Assembly (NCBI GenBank): GCA_963719495.1
Contig: CAVRCI010000003.1
Location: 96,001-160,000 of the forward strand
Reading direction: 5' to 3'
Origin: an uncultured Verrucomicrobiae bacterium
GTDB lineage: Bacteria; Verrucomicrobiota; Verrucomicrobiia; Chthoniobacterales; JAATET01
Length of the DNA stretch: 64,000 bases
How positions within the stretch are numbered: the first letter of the stretch is position 1; each line of letters starts with the position of its first letter. The notes under the pieces are model-generated. The model did no database searches, had not been told where the DNA came from, and saw nothing but the letters and a program-made list of their open reading frames with translations. Made by a program: the position numbers and the translations under genes. Positions 9,725-20,591 of the stretch are shown piece after piece.

Positions 9725-11097
9725 ATGAAAGTCTCCGCATTCTTCGTCGCCCTCGTCCTCACCGGGATTTTCCCGGCTTCCGCGTTTGCGCAGACGCCCC
9801 TCGCCGAATGGTGGACGGGCGACTCCGCGACCGGCGACCTTTTTGGCATTCGTGAACCCCTGGGCGATCTCGGGATCACGATCCAAGGCAACTGGCGCGG
9901 CAACGTCCTCGCGGTCGTAGACGGCGGAGTCGAGCGAGGCGCCGGCTTCGACGAAGAAGTCAATCTGAGCATCGGAATCGACGCGGCCAAGCTCACGCGC
10001 TGGTCCGCGCTCCGAGGACTGACCTTTCGTGGCGACGCCCGCTTCCGGGACGGCAAGGGCGTCACGCAAGCCTCCGGAGCGGACTCGACGTTCCGTCCGA
10101 GCGCCTTCTCGGGCGGGCAGGCGTCCGGCTCAAGAAATTCTATTTCACCTACACGTCGCCGGAGCTTTTCGAGATCGAGAATTTTCTCGAGCTATCTGGA
10201 GGATGGCAGGTTCCGTCGGAACTCTTCCTCGTCCAGCCGGACGCCAAACTTTTCCTCAATCAATCGATCCGGACCGCGAAAGGCATCAACCTCAACTCCA
10301 TCCCGTGGGGTGGATCGTTCTCGACCTGGGGCGGCTACCTCCAACTCAAGCCGACCGACTGGGCCTACGTTCGCAGCGGACTCTACCTCGCCTACCCGTT
10401 TGGGACCGACAAGAACAACCACGCGCTTTCGTTCCAAGGCTTCGCACGGGACAACCGCCTCAACGGTGTCGATCTCATCAACGAGATCGGCGTCACCCCC
10501 GCCATCGGTCCGGATCGACTGCCCGGGCGATACGCCACGGGCCTGATCTACTGGGGGGTTCAGAACCGCGGATTCGACGGCCAGGCCTACCAAGGCAGAC
10601 TGGCTGTGTATTGGCAGGCCGACCAGATGCTCTACCGCGAACCCTCCGATCCGAGTCCCCCCGCGGGCTTGTCGGCTGAATCTGCCACCGAAGGCAAATC
10701 CTACAAAGCCCCCGTCGCCCCCGAGGCGCCGTCGAGCCTGAGCAAACAGGGACTCTACGCCTTTAACACCATCAACTACTCGCCCGCCGCGAACAACGCG
10801 CTCCCGTTTTACGCCCTCACCGGCCTCGTCTACCAAGGCCTGATCCCGACCCGCGACACCGATCGGCTCGGCATCTCGTTCGCCATCGGCTCGTTCAGCG
10901 AAGAAGAGCGGGCTCGCGACAACCGGATCGGGCGCGCCGCCCGCGAATACGAAGCCGTCCTCGAAGCCACCTACCGCTTCCAGATCAACCGCTTTGCCTA
11001 CGTTCAGCCCGACGTCCAATACATCATCAATCCCGGTGGCCGCGGACTCTTCGGGAATGCGACCGTGATCGGAGCGCAGTTCGGGGTCGATTTCTGA
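9725..11097 (+). CDS. OprB-family carbohydrate-selective porin; one frameshift near 10115-10125 (probable sequence error)
   Basis: Signal peptide and ATGDLFGIR..L in the first frame; continues in another frame as VRLKKFYFTY...EAVLEATYRFQ...QPDVQYIINPGG...GVDF (C-terminal Phe). Confidence 0.85.
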
Positions 11098-11115
11098 TGC
11101 CCGCCACGGGCAATT

Positions 11116-11766
11116 TCACCTGACGATCCGCACCGGCGTTCCCACGCTCGTATTCGCGTAAAATTTCGCCGCCATCTCGTCCGGCATCCGGATGCAGCCG
11201 TGCGAATCCGGAAATCCGGGCAGAAACCCCGTGTGCATCCCCACCCCATTCACGACCCGCATGAAATACGGCATCGGAGCACCGAGAAACGTCGTTCCTT
11301 CGGGCTTCTTATCCTCGTAGACGCCAATGTTGCTCACCACCGGACGCCCGTCCGCCCCGACGTAGTCGCCGTAAAGATTCGACCGATGGTCGATGTTCTT
11401 CTGCGTGATGCGAAAGCTCCCAGTTGGCGTCGAACCTCCCTCGCGTCCCGTCGACACCGCCGACACGCCAACCAGTTTTCCGCCTTTGTAAAACGACGCC
11501 GTCTGCTCGGACAAACTGATCACCACCGACGGCGATCCCGACACGCCGTCGCCCTCCCACCACGACCGGGCCAGCGCCTTCTTCGCCGCCGAAGTCCGCG
11601 AATACACCGCCCCGCCTTCACCGAGAAAAAACGTCGTCGTTCCCTCGTCCGACCCGGCCACGGCCCGCGTCGGTCGCGTGACGGCGGTTGCATCCGCCTC
11701 CTCCGTCGTCGAACATGCGGTCAAACCAATCACGCCCGCGAGCGCGCCAAAGACGTAAAACTTCAT
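11116..11766 (-). CDS. L,D-transpeptidase (YkuD family) lipoprotein
   Basis: Lipobox LTAC; VSTGREG..TPTGSF, MPYFMR, HTGFLPGFPDSHGCIRMP. Confidence 0.92.
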   Translation of the reverse strand: MKFYVFGALAGVIGLTACSTTEEADATAVTRPTRAVAGSDEGTTTFFLGEGGAVYSRTSAAKKALARSWWEGDGVSGSPSVVISLSEQTASFYKGGKLVGVSAVSTGREGGSTPTGSFRITQKNIDHRSNLYGDYVGADGRPVVSNIGVYEDKKPEGTTFLGAPMPYFMRVVNGVGMHTGFLPGFPDSHGCIRMPDEMAAKFYANTSVGTPVRIVR

Positions 11767-11829
11767 GCGTCGACCAAACCGATCCGTCCGCCCCGCCGTC
11801 AAGCTCGCACTACCGAAAATCCACCACCC

Positions 11830-12663
11830 ATGCCCGCGCCCGTCCTCTACGAATCCCACTGCCACACCCCCCTCTGCAACCACGCCATCGGCGATCCGAC
11901 CGAATACGCCGCCGTCGCCCACGCCCGCAACCTCGCCGGCCTCATCGTCACCTGCCACTGCCCACTGCCCGACGGCATCTCGGCCCCCGTCCGCATGCGG
12001 CCCTCGGAATTCGAGGAATACGTCGAGCTCGTCGCCCGCACCCGCGACGAGTGGGCTGGCCGCCTCGACGTCCGCCTCGGCCTCGAGAGCGACTACTACC
12101 CCGGCGTCGAGCCGTGGCTGGAAAAACTTCACGCCCGCCATCCGCTCCACCACGTCCTCGGCTCCGTCCATTACCACGTGCCGGAATACCGCGACCGCTA
12201 CGATCGCGGCTCGGTTTTCGACTACCAGCAGATCTATTACGACCACCTCGCCGCCTCCGCCGAGACCGGCCTCTACGACACGCTCGCCCACCCGGACCTC
12301 ATCAAGAACGAGGACCCCGAAGAATGGGACTTCGCCCGCATCCGCCCCTTCATCGAGCGCTCCCTCGACCGCATCGCCGCGACCGGCGTCGCCATGGAAC
12401 TCAACACCAGCGGCCTCAAAAAGACCCTTCCCGAGATGAACCCCTCGCTCTCCCAGCTCACCATGGCCTGCGAACGCGGAATTCCCGTCGTTCTCGGAGC
12501 CGACGCCCACCGCCCCACCCGGGTCGCCGCCGATTACGAGGAAGCCCTCGATCTCATCGCCGACGCTGGCTACACCGAAGTCAGCTACTTCTTGGACCGA
12601 AAGCGCCAAACGATCCCGATCGAAACCGCCCGCACGTCCCTCGGGGGCGCAGCCCTCGTCTAG
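11830..12663 (+). CDS. hisJ: Histidinol-phosphatase HisJ family (PHP domain)
   Basis: HCHTPLCNHA, TCHCP, GLESDY, LGSVH, AHPDL, ELNTSG, GADAH. Confidence 0.88.
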   Translation: MPAPVLYESHCHTPLCNHAIGDPTEYAAVAHARNLAGLIVTCHCPLPDGISAPVRMRPSEFEEYVELVARTRDEWAGRLDVRLGLESDYYPGVEPWLEKLHARHPLHHVLGSVHYHVPEYRDRYDRGSVFDYQQIYYDHLAASAETGLYDTLAHPDLIKNEDPEEWDFARIRPFIERSLDRIAATGVAMELNTSGLKKTLPEMNPSLSQLTMACERGIPVVLGADAHRPTRVAADYEEALDLIADAGYTEVSYFLDRKRQTIPIETARTSLGGAALV

Positions 12664-12672
12664 GGAAGCGCT

Positions 12673-12719
12673 GGGGACCGCGAGCTTCCAGCTCGCCCTG
12701 CCGACCTTCCAGGTCGGCA
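12673..12719 (+). repeat. Two-hairpin REP-like element
   Basis: GGGGACC-GCGAGC TTCCA GCTCGC-CC-TGCCGACC TTCCA GGTCGGCA. Confidence 0.7.
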
Positions 12720-13097
12720 CCCGTCCCTCAAGGCGAAGCCTCAAACCGTCGCCGCGTAGCCGACGCCCACCAGCCGCGGCGCGCCCAAAGTTCCGCGGAA
12801 CCGCGCCACCACCAGCAACACACCCACCCCCAAGATCATCCACCATCCCAACACCCGTCGGCGTCATCTCCCAAAGTGTCCGCCGCACCCCATCCCGCTT
12901 CGGTATATCGAGAATTCACCTAAGATGCCGCTCGACGTTTCCGTCGTTCACCACCTGGAGAGATGGAGCTCGCCGTCGGGGTGTTGCTGCGGTCGTTGCC
13001 CGCGGTCGACGTGATCGAGAACCCCGAAGGAGTCCGCATCTGTGCCCTCCGCGCTACTTATGACCGAAAGGCGACAGCCAATTCTGAGCAACCACCG

Positions 13098-16000
13098 CTA
13101 ACGTCGAAGAATCCGCAACTTGGCGGGCCGCGAACGCAGCCCAGCGCCGTCAATTGCTCGGAGCTTCACGATCACGCGCTTGGAATCTTCGGTCACCTTC
13201 AGAACGATTTTAAAACGGCCTCCCGCCAGCAATCTGACCTTGCCCGGCGTCGCACCGCGCGTCTTCACGTCGATGTCAACGACGCCCGAAGCGTCGCTCA
13301 CCGTCCCGCGGACGACCACACGCTTGCGAAGCGTCTCAATCGTCTTCCGTCCCCGAATGTCAAGTTCGGGCAAGGTCGCATCCAATACTGGAGTCGGCAC
13401 GACATCAGGCCCGGGCATCGGGTTTGGAGATGGCGTCGGCGTGGGGTTCGGCGTTGGGTCTGGCGTTGGGTCTGGCGTTGGGTCTGGCGTTGGGTCTGGC
13501 GTTGGGTTCGGCGTCGGCTCCGGCGTCGGGTTCGGCGTCGGGTTCGGCGTCGGGTTCGGCGTTGGGTTCGGCGTCGGGTTCGGCGTTGGGTCTGGCGTTG
13601 GGTTCGGCGTTGGGTCTGGCGTTGGGTTCGGCGTTGGGTTCGGCGTTGGGTCTGGCGTTGGGTCTGGCGTTGGGTTCGGCGTTGGGTTTGGTGTTGGCTC
13701 CGGCGTCGGGTTCGGCGTCGGGTCTGGCGTCAGTGCTTCGGTGATTTCGAACGAAAGCTCGCTCACCACCCCGGGGTTGTTCGTTACGTTCGACGCCGCA
13801 TCGTAGAATTCGGAAAAGGCCGCCCGCCACGTGCCGGTCGAGGATCCCACCGGAATCGGCACCTCGGACTCGTAGGTTCCGTTCGTCGGAGACCCCGATT
13901 GAAGGTCCGAGTCGGACACGTAGGTATAAATGGTTTCGCCGGTGCTCGACGTGAACTCCACGCTTCCGTTGCTGAACTCGACGTTGTCGACGACGTCGAC
14001 GGACAACGTGACGGTCCCCCGCCCGTCGTTCGAGACGATCACCGGCGACACCGACGCGCGAGTCACCTGCGGGGGCGTGACGTCCGCCGGGGTATTCCCG
14101 GCGACCGTGAAGGCGAGCCCGTCAAGGGCCGCGGAGCCGCTGCTACGGTTCCCCGCCCCGTCCTGCATCGAAGAATACGTCGCCGACCAGACGCCACTCG
14201 CGGAACCGGTCGGGATCCGCTTCGACACGACGTAGGTGCCGTTCTGCGCGGTCCCGCTTCGCCGATCGTTGGGTCCGATCTCGAATTCGAGATACCCGCC
14301 CGCCGACGTCTCGAACCCGACGTAACCGTCGGTGAATCCCACGTTGTCGGAGATGGCGACCGTCAACTCCACCGTCCCGGATCCATCGTTCGAGACCGTG
14401 GTCGGAGCGATCGACACGCTCTGGACCGTTGGCGCCTCCATGTCGACGGGCACCGTGCCTTCCACGGTGAACGCCAGTTCGCCCGAACCACCTCGGGAGC
14501 TCGATTCGTTCCGCGCCGCGTCGTAGAGATACACCGAGTCCAAGGTCCAGACTCCCGCCTCGCTGCCCCGCCCGATGGTTTCCGCCACAACGTAGGTTCC
14601 GTCCTGAGCGGTTCCGCTTCGGCGGTCCGACGGCTCGAAATTGAACGATACGGACGTCCCGGTCGGCGACCGGAAATAAACGTTGCCGGAGGTGAGTCCC
14701 GTCGCGTCGGTGGCTCGAATCGTGAGCATGACGACGCCCGTTCCGTCGTTCGGCACGGACTCCGGTGCCACCGAGGCACTCACGACCGCGGGACCGACCA
14801 AATCGCTCGGGATCGTTTCCTCGATGGTGAAAGCCAATGCATCCACGATCAGCGAGCTTTGTGTCCGATTCTCCGCGGCATCGCTCACCGAAAAATAGTC
14901 GAGCGTCCAATTTCCGGCACGGAATCCAGCCGGGACACGTTGGGTCACCCGGTAGGTGCCGCCGGTGGACGTCCCGCTCACAAGGTTGGAACGTCCAAAG
15001 TAGAATTGGAAATCGTTTCCCCCACCCCCAGTCTTGAACGAAACGAAGCCGCTCACCACGCCCACGTTGTCCGAGACCTCGATCGTCAGCTCGAGCGAAT
15101 CCGAGCCGTCGTTCGTCGCGGAGGGCGTCACTGACGCGCTCAGCACCCGCGGAGCCTCGAAGTCCGGTGGGATCGTCTCCTCAACGACGAACGTGAGCGC
15201 GTTGACCGATGCCTTGGAAAGCGGGCCGTTTCCGACCGCATCCACGAAGTAACTGTAGCCCACCGACCAGACGCCGCCGCGGGCTCCCGCCGGGAACGTC
15301 GCGGTCGCCGTGTAGATGCCGTCCTGCGCGGTCCCGCTCCGTCGGTTCTGCGGTCCAAAGCTGAAGTATCGGTAGCCCCCCGATGCCGAACGGAACTCGA
15401 CCTCGCCGTCCGCGAAACCCACGTTGTCCGTCATCCGGAGCGTGAGCTCGACCCTTCCGCTTCCGTCGTTCGCAACGAACGGGGTCACCGACGCGCTCTG
15501 GATCACCGGCCCTTCCAGATCGGACGGAACCGTTTCCTCGACCGAGAACGTAAGGTCGGCCAACGCCTCCAAGGGATTGGAGTCATTTCCGAGACCGTCC
15601 TCGAAGCGCGCGGAACTCACGTTCCAGACGCCACTGGCGCTTCCCCGACCAATCGATTTCGTGACGACGTAAACGCCATCGAGAGCGGATCCACTCACGC
15701 GATTGGATCCTGAAGGGAAAAACGAGAGCTGCTTCCCGCTGGGGGACTGGAAGTCCACCGATCCATAGGACAGCCCACCCGGGTCGGCGACCCGAATCGT
15801 CAAGGTCACCACCCCCGTCCCGTCGTTGGACACGGAGGAGGGCGCAACCGAGGCGCTGAGAACTTCCGGCCCCGATACGTCGCTCGGCACCGTCTCCTCG
15901 ATCGTGAACGCGAGACCGTCGAGGATCGGAGAGCTGGAAAGCCTATTTTCCGCTCGGTCAGCGATCGACCCGTAATCGAAAGTCCATCGCCCAGCGCGGT

Positions 16001-18542
16001 ATCCGGTCGGGATGGCCTCGGTGACGCGATACGTCCCATCGGTCGCGTCACCGCTGACCAGATTATTCGCTCCAATGGAAAAATCCAGATACCCACCCGC
16101 CGAAGTCCGGAAGCCAACGTAGCCGCTGCCGAATCCGACGTCGTCCGTGATCCGCACAGTCAGCTCCACCAAGTCCGTGCCATCGTTCTTCGCAGAGGGG
16201 GTGATGGACGCACTCACGATCTGCGGCGCCGTGAAATCGGATGGCACCGTTGCTTCGACGACGAAACTCAGCGCGTCCACGGGGGCCTTGGACGTCGCCG
16301 GGTTCCGGACCAAATCGTAGAAGCTGCTCGAACTCACCGTCCACGTCCCGGCCCGGAAACCGGGGGGAGGGTTCTCGATACCGTGTAGATTCCATCCTGT
16401 GCGGTCCCACTTCGACGGTTGTCACGTTCGAGATAAAAAAGACTGAAACCCGCCGGACGCCGTCGTGAAATTGACTTGTCCATAGTCGAAACCGACCGAA
16501 TCGGTGATTCGCACGGTCAGGCTCACCGTCTCCGTCCCGTCGTTCGCCACCGAGGGCGTGATCGACGCCTCCACGATGGCGGGTCCTTCCAAATCGCTCG
16601 GCACCGTCTCTTCCACCGTGAACGAGAGCCCGGCCAGAAGGGGTGAATCGTTGGTGAAATTGGAAGCCAGGTCCGAGAGGTAAAGCGAATCGACGGTCCA
16701 AGTGCCGACCCGATACCCCGCCGCGATGGACCTGCTCACGGCGTAAACGCCCTCCCGAGCCGTCCCGCTGACCCGATCCGACGAATCGATGTAAAAATAG
16801 AGTTCGCCACCGGTGGAGGTTTCGAAGCTCACGTTGCCGTTGCTGAAGCCGGCGGCGTCCGAGATGGCGACCGTGAGCTCCACCACCCCCGATCCGTCGT
16901 TCGCGACGGAAGGAGTGATCGAGGCACTGGTGACCAGCGGGGCCGACACGTCATCCGGCACGGTCGCCTCGACGGTGAATCCAAGAGCAGCCACCAAGGC
17001 GGGATTGGAGCTCAGATGATTCCCGACGTCGAACAAGGTGGCGCTGGTGAACGTGTAGCTCCCGGCTGGGATCCCGTATCGAATGGGGATGCTGATCGAA
17101 TAGGTGCCATCCTGCGCGGTTCCGCCGATCCGGTCGGTCGAGTCGAAATCGAAGTACCGACCCGGCCCGCCAGCTTGACCAAAATATCCGTATCCCGATT
17201 GGAAGCCCAGCGAGTCCGTGATGCGAAGCGTCAGCTCGACAACCCCAGTCCCGTCGTTGGCCACCGTCGGAGTCACCGACGCCTCGATGACTTCCGGCCC
17301 GTCCTGGTCCGTGGGAATCGTTTGCTCGACCGCGAACGAAAGTGCGGCGATGGCCGCGATGTCGGGCGCCGCCGTCGAATTCGCAGCTTCGTCGTTGAAC
17401 GTGTCATGGTAGGTCGTAGTCGGCGAAAAAGTCCCCGCAGAGGCCCCAGCCCGAATCGGCACCGTTACCGCGTAGGTGCCATCCCGCGCCGTTCCGCCGG
17501 TGCGATCATCCGCTCCGACGGTGAAGCGGTAAAAAAAATCACCCTCCTCCTGGAGAAAAGAGACATCCCCGAAAGTGAAGCCACTCGCGTCGGTGATCGT
17601 GAGCGTCAGCGTGACCGAACCAGTCCCATCGTTCGAAGCGGAGGGTGTCACCGAGGCACTCGATACGACCGGGCCGACGTTGTCTTCGGGCACCGAAGCA
17701 TCGATGGTGAAACTCAGCCCGGAAACGAGTGCGGAAGCCGAGGACGAGTTGCCCGCCAGATCGGTGAACGAGTTGAAGGCGGCGGAATAGAGGCCCGGCC
17801 TCGATCCGAAGGCCACCGGAATCGTCACTTCGTAAACCCCACTTTCGCTCGTGCCGCCGACCCGTTTCGTCGCATCGAAGTAAGGCGAAATGAACCGCCC
17901 GTTGGCTTCGCGGAAACTGATCGAACCATACGAAAATCCAGACGGATCCTCGAAGTCGAGTCGCACGACGATCGTCCCGGTCCCGTCGTTGGAGATCACG
18001 GGCGTGACCGACGCGCTGGAGATGGTCGGACCGACGAAGTCCAACTCCGCCCCTTCCTCGAAAGCGAGATTTAAACTGACGCTTCCGGTGTTACTCGACC
18101 ACCCATCGACCCGAATCTGGAGAATTTGACCGGCGTCGACCTGAAGCTTCACCTCACTCTGAGACGTCCCACCAGCTTCGTCGTTTTCGCGAAGTAAGGA
18201 AAGAGACTCCACGCTGGTTCCGCTGTAAAATCCGAGGATCGTGTCGAAGTCGCTGCCAAACGTATCCACCGTCACCACGCCCGCAGTCGACGCGGTCCAC
18301 GTCCACCAGACGGAATTCGTTGGCGAGTAAGCATTCGGTTCGCCCGACTCGCTCGTGGCATCGAGGTTCGATCCGGTCACCGACGCAGAGTTGCCGACGA
18401 TGGTCGCGCGATTGGCGAAATAATCGTTCGTGGGAGCCGCATAGGCGGTCACCCCGCTGATCCCAACCACCGCGAGAGTTGCAAGCCAGGGACGCGATGA
18501 GAACAGAACGGTCGAAGCGGCGAAGAAGGGTAGTACCGTCAT
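13098..18542 (-). CDS. ~1800-aa secreted repetitive surface protein: signal peptide, PPC-like N-domain, 12 x ~120-aa Ig-like repeats, Pro/Thr linker, basic C-terminal domain; split by two compensating indels near 16365 and 16437
   Basis: ORFs 16422-18833 and 13098-16337 share a frame; the skipped segment reads [23 protein letters not shown] (repeat consensus) in the shifted frame; 12 copies of D..(G/A)P....SAS(V/I)TP..NDG. Confidence 0.85.
13443..13730 (-). repeat. 12-bp coding tandem repeat, 24 units encoding TP(N/D/E)P
   Basis: ggcgttgggttc / ggcgttgggtct units on the + strand. Confidence 0.95.
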
Positions 18543-18642
18543 GGAAGAGCGAATTTTTTGGCTGCTGATTTTAAAAATTAGAGGGTTTCTTGCGAATTCC
18601 AATCTGGTAAACAAGCGGTAGTTTGTGGTAAAAACTGTTCGG

Positions 18643-19539
18643 ATGGCGAAAGGAAGCAGGACCTTGACCGAGGACGAAGTCCGGACCGTTCGGTCGGCAG
18701 CCGAGTCACTCGGATTCTCGGACACAGAACTGGCCTCCAAGGCGGGAATTGATTCGAGCAATCTCTCGAAAATCCTGCGCGCGAAGCTGCCCGCGACTCC
18801 GATGGTCAGCCGCTCGCTCGAGACGGTCCTCAAGATTCGGTTCGAGCGGCGCGACCGGCGCCACCAGCTTCAAGTTTTGGGTTGGACGGAGGTGCACGAG
18901 TGGGGCTGGACGGTCGAGCGGCTCCTCGACGTGCTGATCTCGCTGGACTACGAATTGATTGCGGGGATCGACGAACGGCACGAAGGGAGTGCGGCACAGT
19001 GGGCACCGGTCTTCCTCAAAAACCCCGACGGTTGGCGCGTGGTGTCGACTTCAGACCGCGAGATCCAAGGTTACTGGTCGCTCGTCCCTCTCCGGTCAGA
19101 AACTTTCGCCCGAGCGACAGCTGGGGAGCTTTTCGATGGATCGATCACGAAGGACTCGGTCCACGCACTTGAGCTGCCGGGCGACTACCTCGGGTATCTG
19201 CCCATGATCGCGCTCCGCAAGGAATGGCGGTCGGCTGGCAGCGCGATGATGTTCCTGAGTCTGATCCGCAGCTTGGAGCGACTCGCCGAGGTTGGGATCT
19301 TTTTCCGAGAATTGTGCGTCAACGCCTGCACGCCCGACGCGATCCGGCTGTGCGACGACCTCGGGTTGACGCACGTTTGCAGCCACGTCGACTTTGGCGA
19401 AATCTACCACTCGAACCTTCTGGAGGACCCGGCCCGTAACTTCTTGCAACGATACCCGAGGCTTCTCCGACCTTACCAACAACACTCGAACGATTGGCGG
19501 GCTGTCAACCTTGGTCGGAGCCTCCGGGAATCGGACTGA
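18643..19539 (+). CDS. XRE-like HTH fused to a GNAT-like domain, divergent from the repeat protein
   Basis: LGFSDTELASKAGIDSSNLSKIL HTH; IQGYWSLVPL...YLPMIALRKEWR...VNACTPDAIRLCDDLGL resembles a GNAT core. Confidence 0.6.
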   Translation: MAKGSRTLTEDEVRTVRSAAESLGFSDTELASKAGIDSSNLSKILRAKLPATPMVSRSLETVLKIRFERRDRRHQLQVLGWTEVHEWGWTVERLLDVLISLDYELIAGIDERHEGSAAQWAPVFLKNPDGWRVVSTSDREIQGYWSLVPLRSETFARATAGELFDGSITKDSVHALELPGDYLGYLPMIALRKEWRSAGSAMMFLSLIRSLERLAEVGIFFRELCVNACTPDAIRLCDDLGLTHVCSHVDFGEIYHSNLLEDPARNFLQRYPRLLRPYQQHSNDWRAVNLGRSLRESD

Positions 19540-19654
19540 CTGGCGGTTCGGATCATTCACGATACCGGGAGCAATCGTCAAAATCTCTCGCGACGACAGA
19601 AAAGTTCGGCAGCCTCGTCGGACGTTGAAAAGCTCCGTTGCGCATCCCCCCCCA

Positions 19655-20200
19655 ATGACCGTTCCGCTCTGGGTCCGCGCGTCGCTGCGCGTCGAGGTTG
19701 TGCTCGGAGTTTTTCTGCTCGCCGTCGCGATGTTTCAGCCCGGCCAAATCATGGGGGCTATGCCCAGCAATTCACTCTCGACCGATGTGTTCGGCACCAT
19801 CGGGACTTTCAGCGGCAAGGGCCCTGTGCGCGTCGTCACCGCCGGCCGCGCGCGGTAGAATCACATCTTCTTCAACCTCCTCAACAGCCTCCTCCCCGCT
19901 CGCGAATCCCGCCTCCCCGCCCGCGCCCGCCCGTTCAGCATCGCCGCCACAGCTGCAAGCCCGGTCGTGGTGGTGCTCGTGGCGATGGCGCTCGGGCGCT
20001 TCCTCAAAGCCGGCGTTTTTCTCACCTTCCAAAGCCGAACACCGGGGATGCTCCGCCTCTCGAAGGAGGCCCACAGCTACGGTTTTCTCGCTCTTTTCGC
20101 GCTCGTCGGCTCCGTCGGCACGCTCGCCGAGTCACAAAGCCCCACCGCTTCGCGGCCAGCGACCCGGCGACCATCACGTAATTCGCCGCGCTCGCCCTAA
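19655..20200 (+). pseudogene. Decayed membrane glycosyltransferase (GT-C/PMT-like) fragment
   Basis: One frame with an internal TAG at 19856-19858, followed by NHIFFNLLNSLLP, R-P-F-S and EAHSYG-like motifs and hydrophobic segments. Confidence 0.45.
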
Positions 20201-20240
20201 TCCCGTTCGTCCCCCTCCTGTCCCGCCGCCGCGAACCCTC

Positions 20241-20574
20241 CGGTCGAGCGTTTGCGATTATCACCACCGCGCCCTTGACCGCGTCGTCGCCACCGGCGTC
20301 GCGATGGATCTCAACACGAGTGGCCTCAACAAGTTCGCTGCCAGAGATGAATCCCTCGTTTACCCAGCTCACCATGGCCTGCGAACGCGGGATTCCCGTC
20401 GTCCTGGGAGCCGACGCGCACCGTCCCACCCGGGCGGGAGCGGACTACGCCGAGGCCCTCGACCTCGTCGCCGACGCTGGCTACACCGAAGTGAGCCACT
20501 TCCTCGATCGGAACCGCCACACGACCCCGATCGAGACCGCGCGAGCCTCCCTCGAAAGCGCCGCGATCGCCTAG
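20241..20574 (+). pseudogene. Diverged partial duplicate of the hisJ 3' end
   Basis: ALDRVVATGVAMDLNTSGLNK / LPEMNPSFTQLTMACERGIPVVLGADAHRPTR...; aligns with 12361-12663 with many substitutions and a frameshift near 20335. Confidence 0.9.
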
Positions 20575-20591
20575 GGGAGCGCGAGCTTCCA

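Noticed and set aside
10100..10130. Programmed ribosomal frameshift in the porin (and serine hydrolase)
   Set aside because: No canonical slippery heptamer at the shift points; single-base indel errors are more parsimonious
11116..12888. 590-aa minus-strand ORF as a long L,D-transpeptidase
   Set aside because: The upstream part is antisense to hisJ; the lipoprotein signal begins at 11766
12720..13097. Possible small gene between hisJ and the repeat protein
   Set aside because: No frame gave a convincing start or recognisable protein
13443..13730. Regular repeat array as a possible CRISPR
   Set aside because: 12-bp units without unique spacers, encoding a Pro/Thr linker in frame; no cas genes nearby
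12361..20574. hisJ duplication as attL/attR of an integrative element or prophage
   Set aside because: The copies are clearly diverged and ~300 bp long; no integrase or phage genes between them
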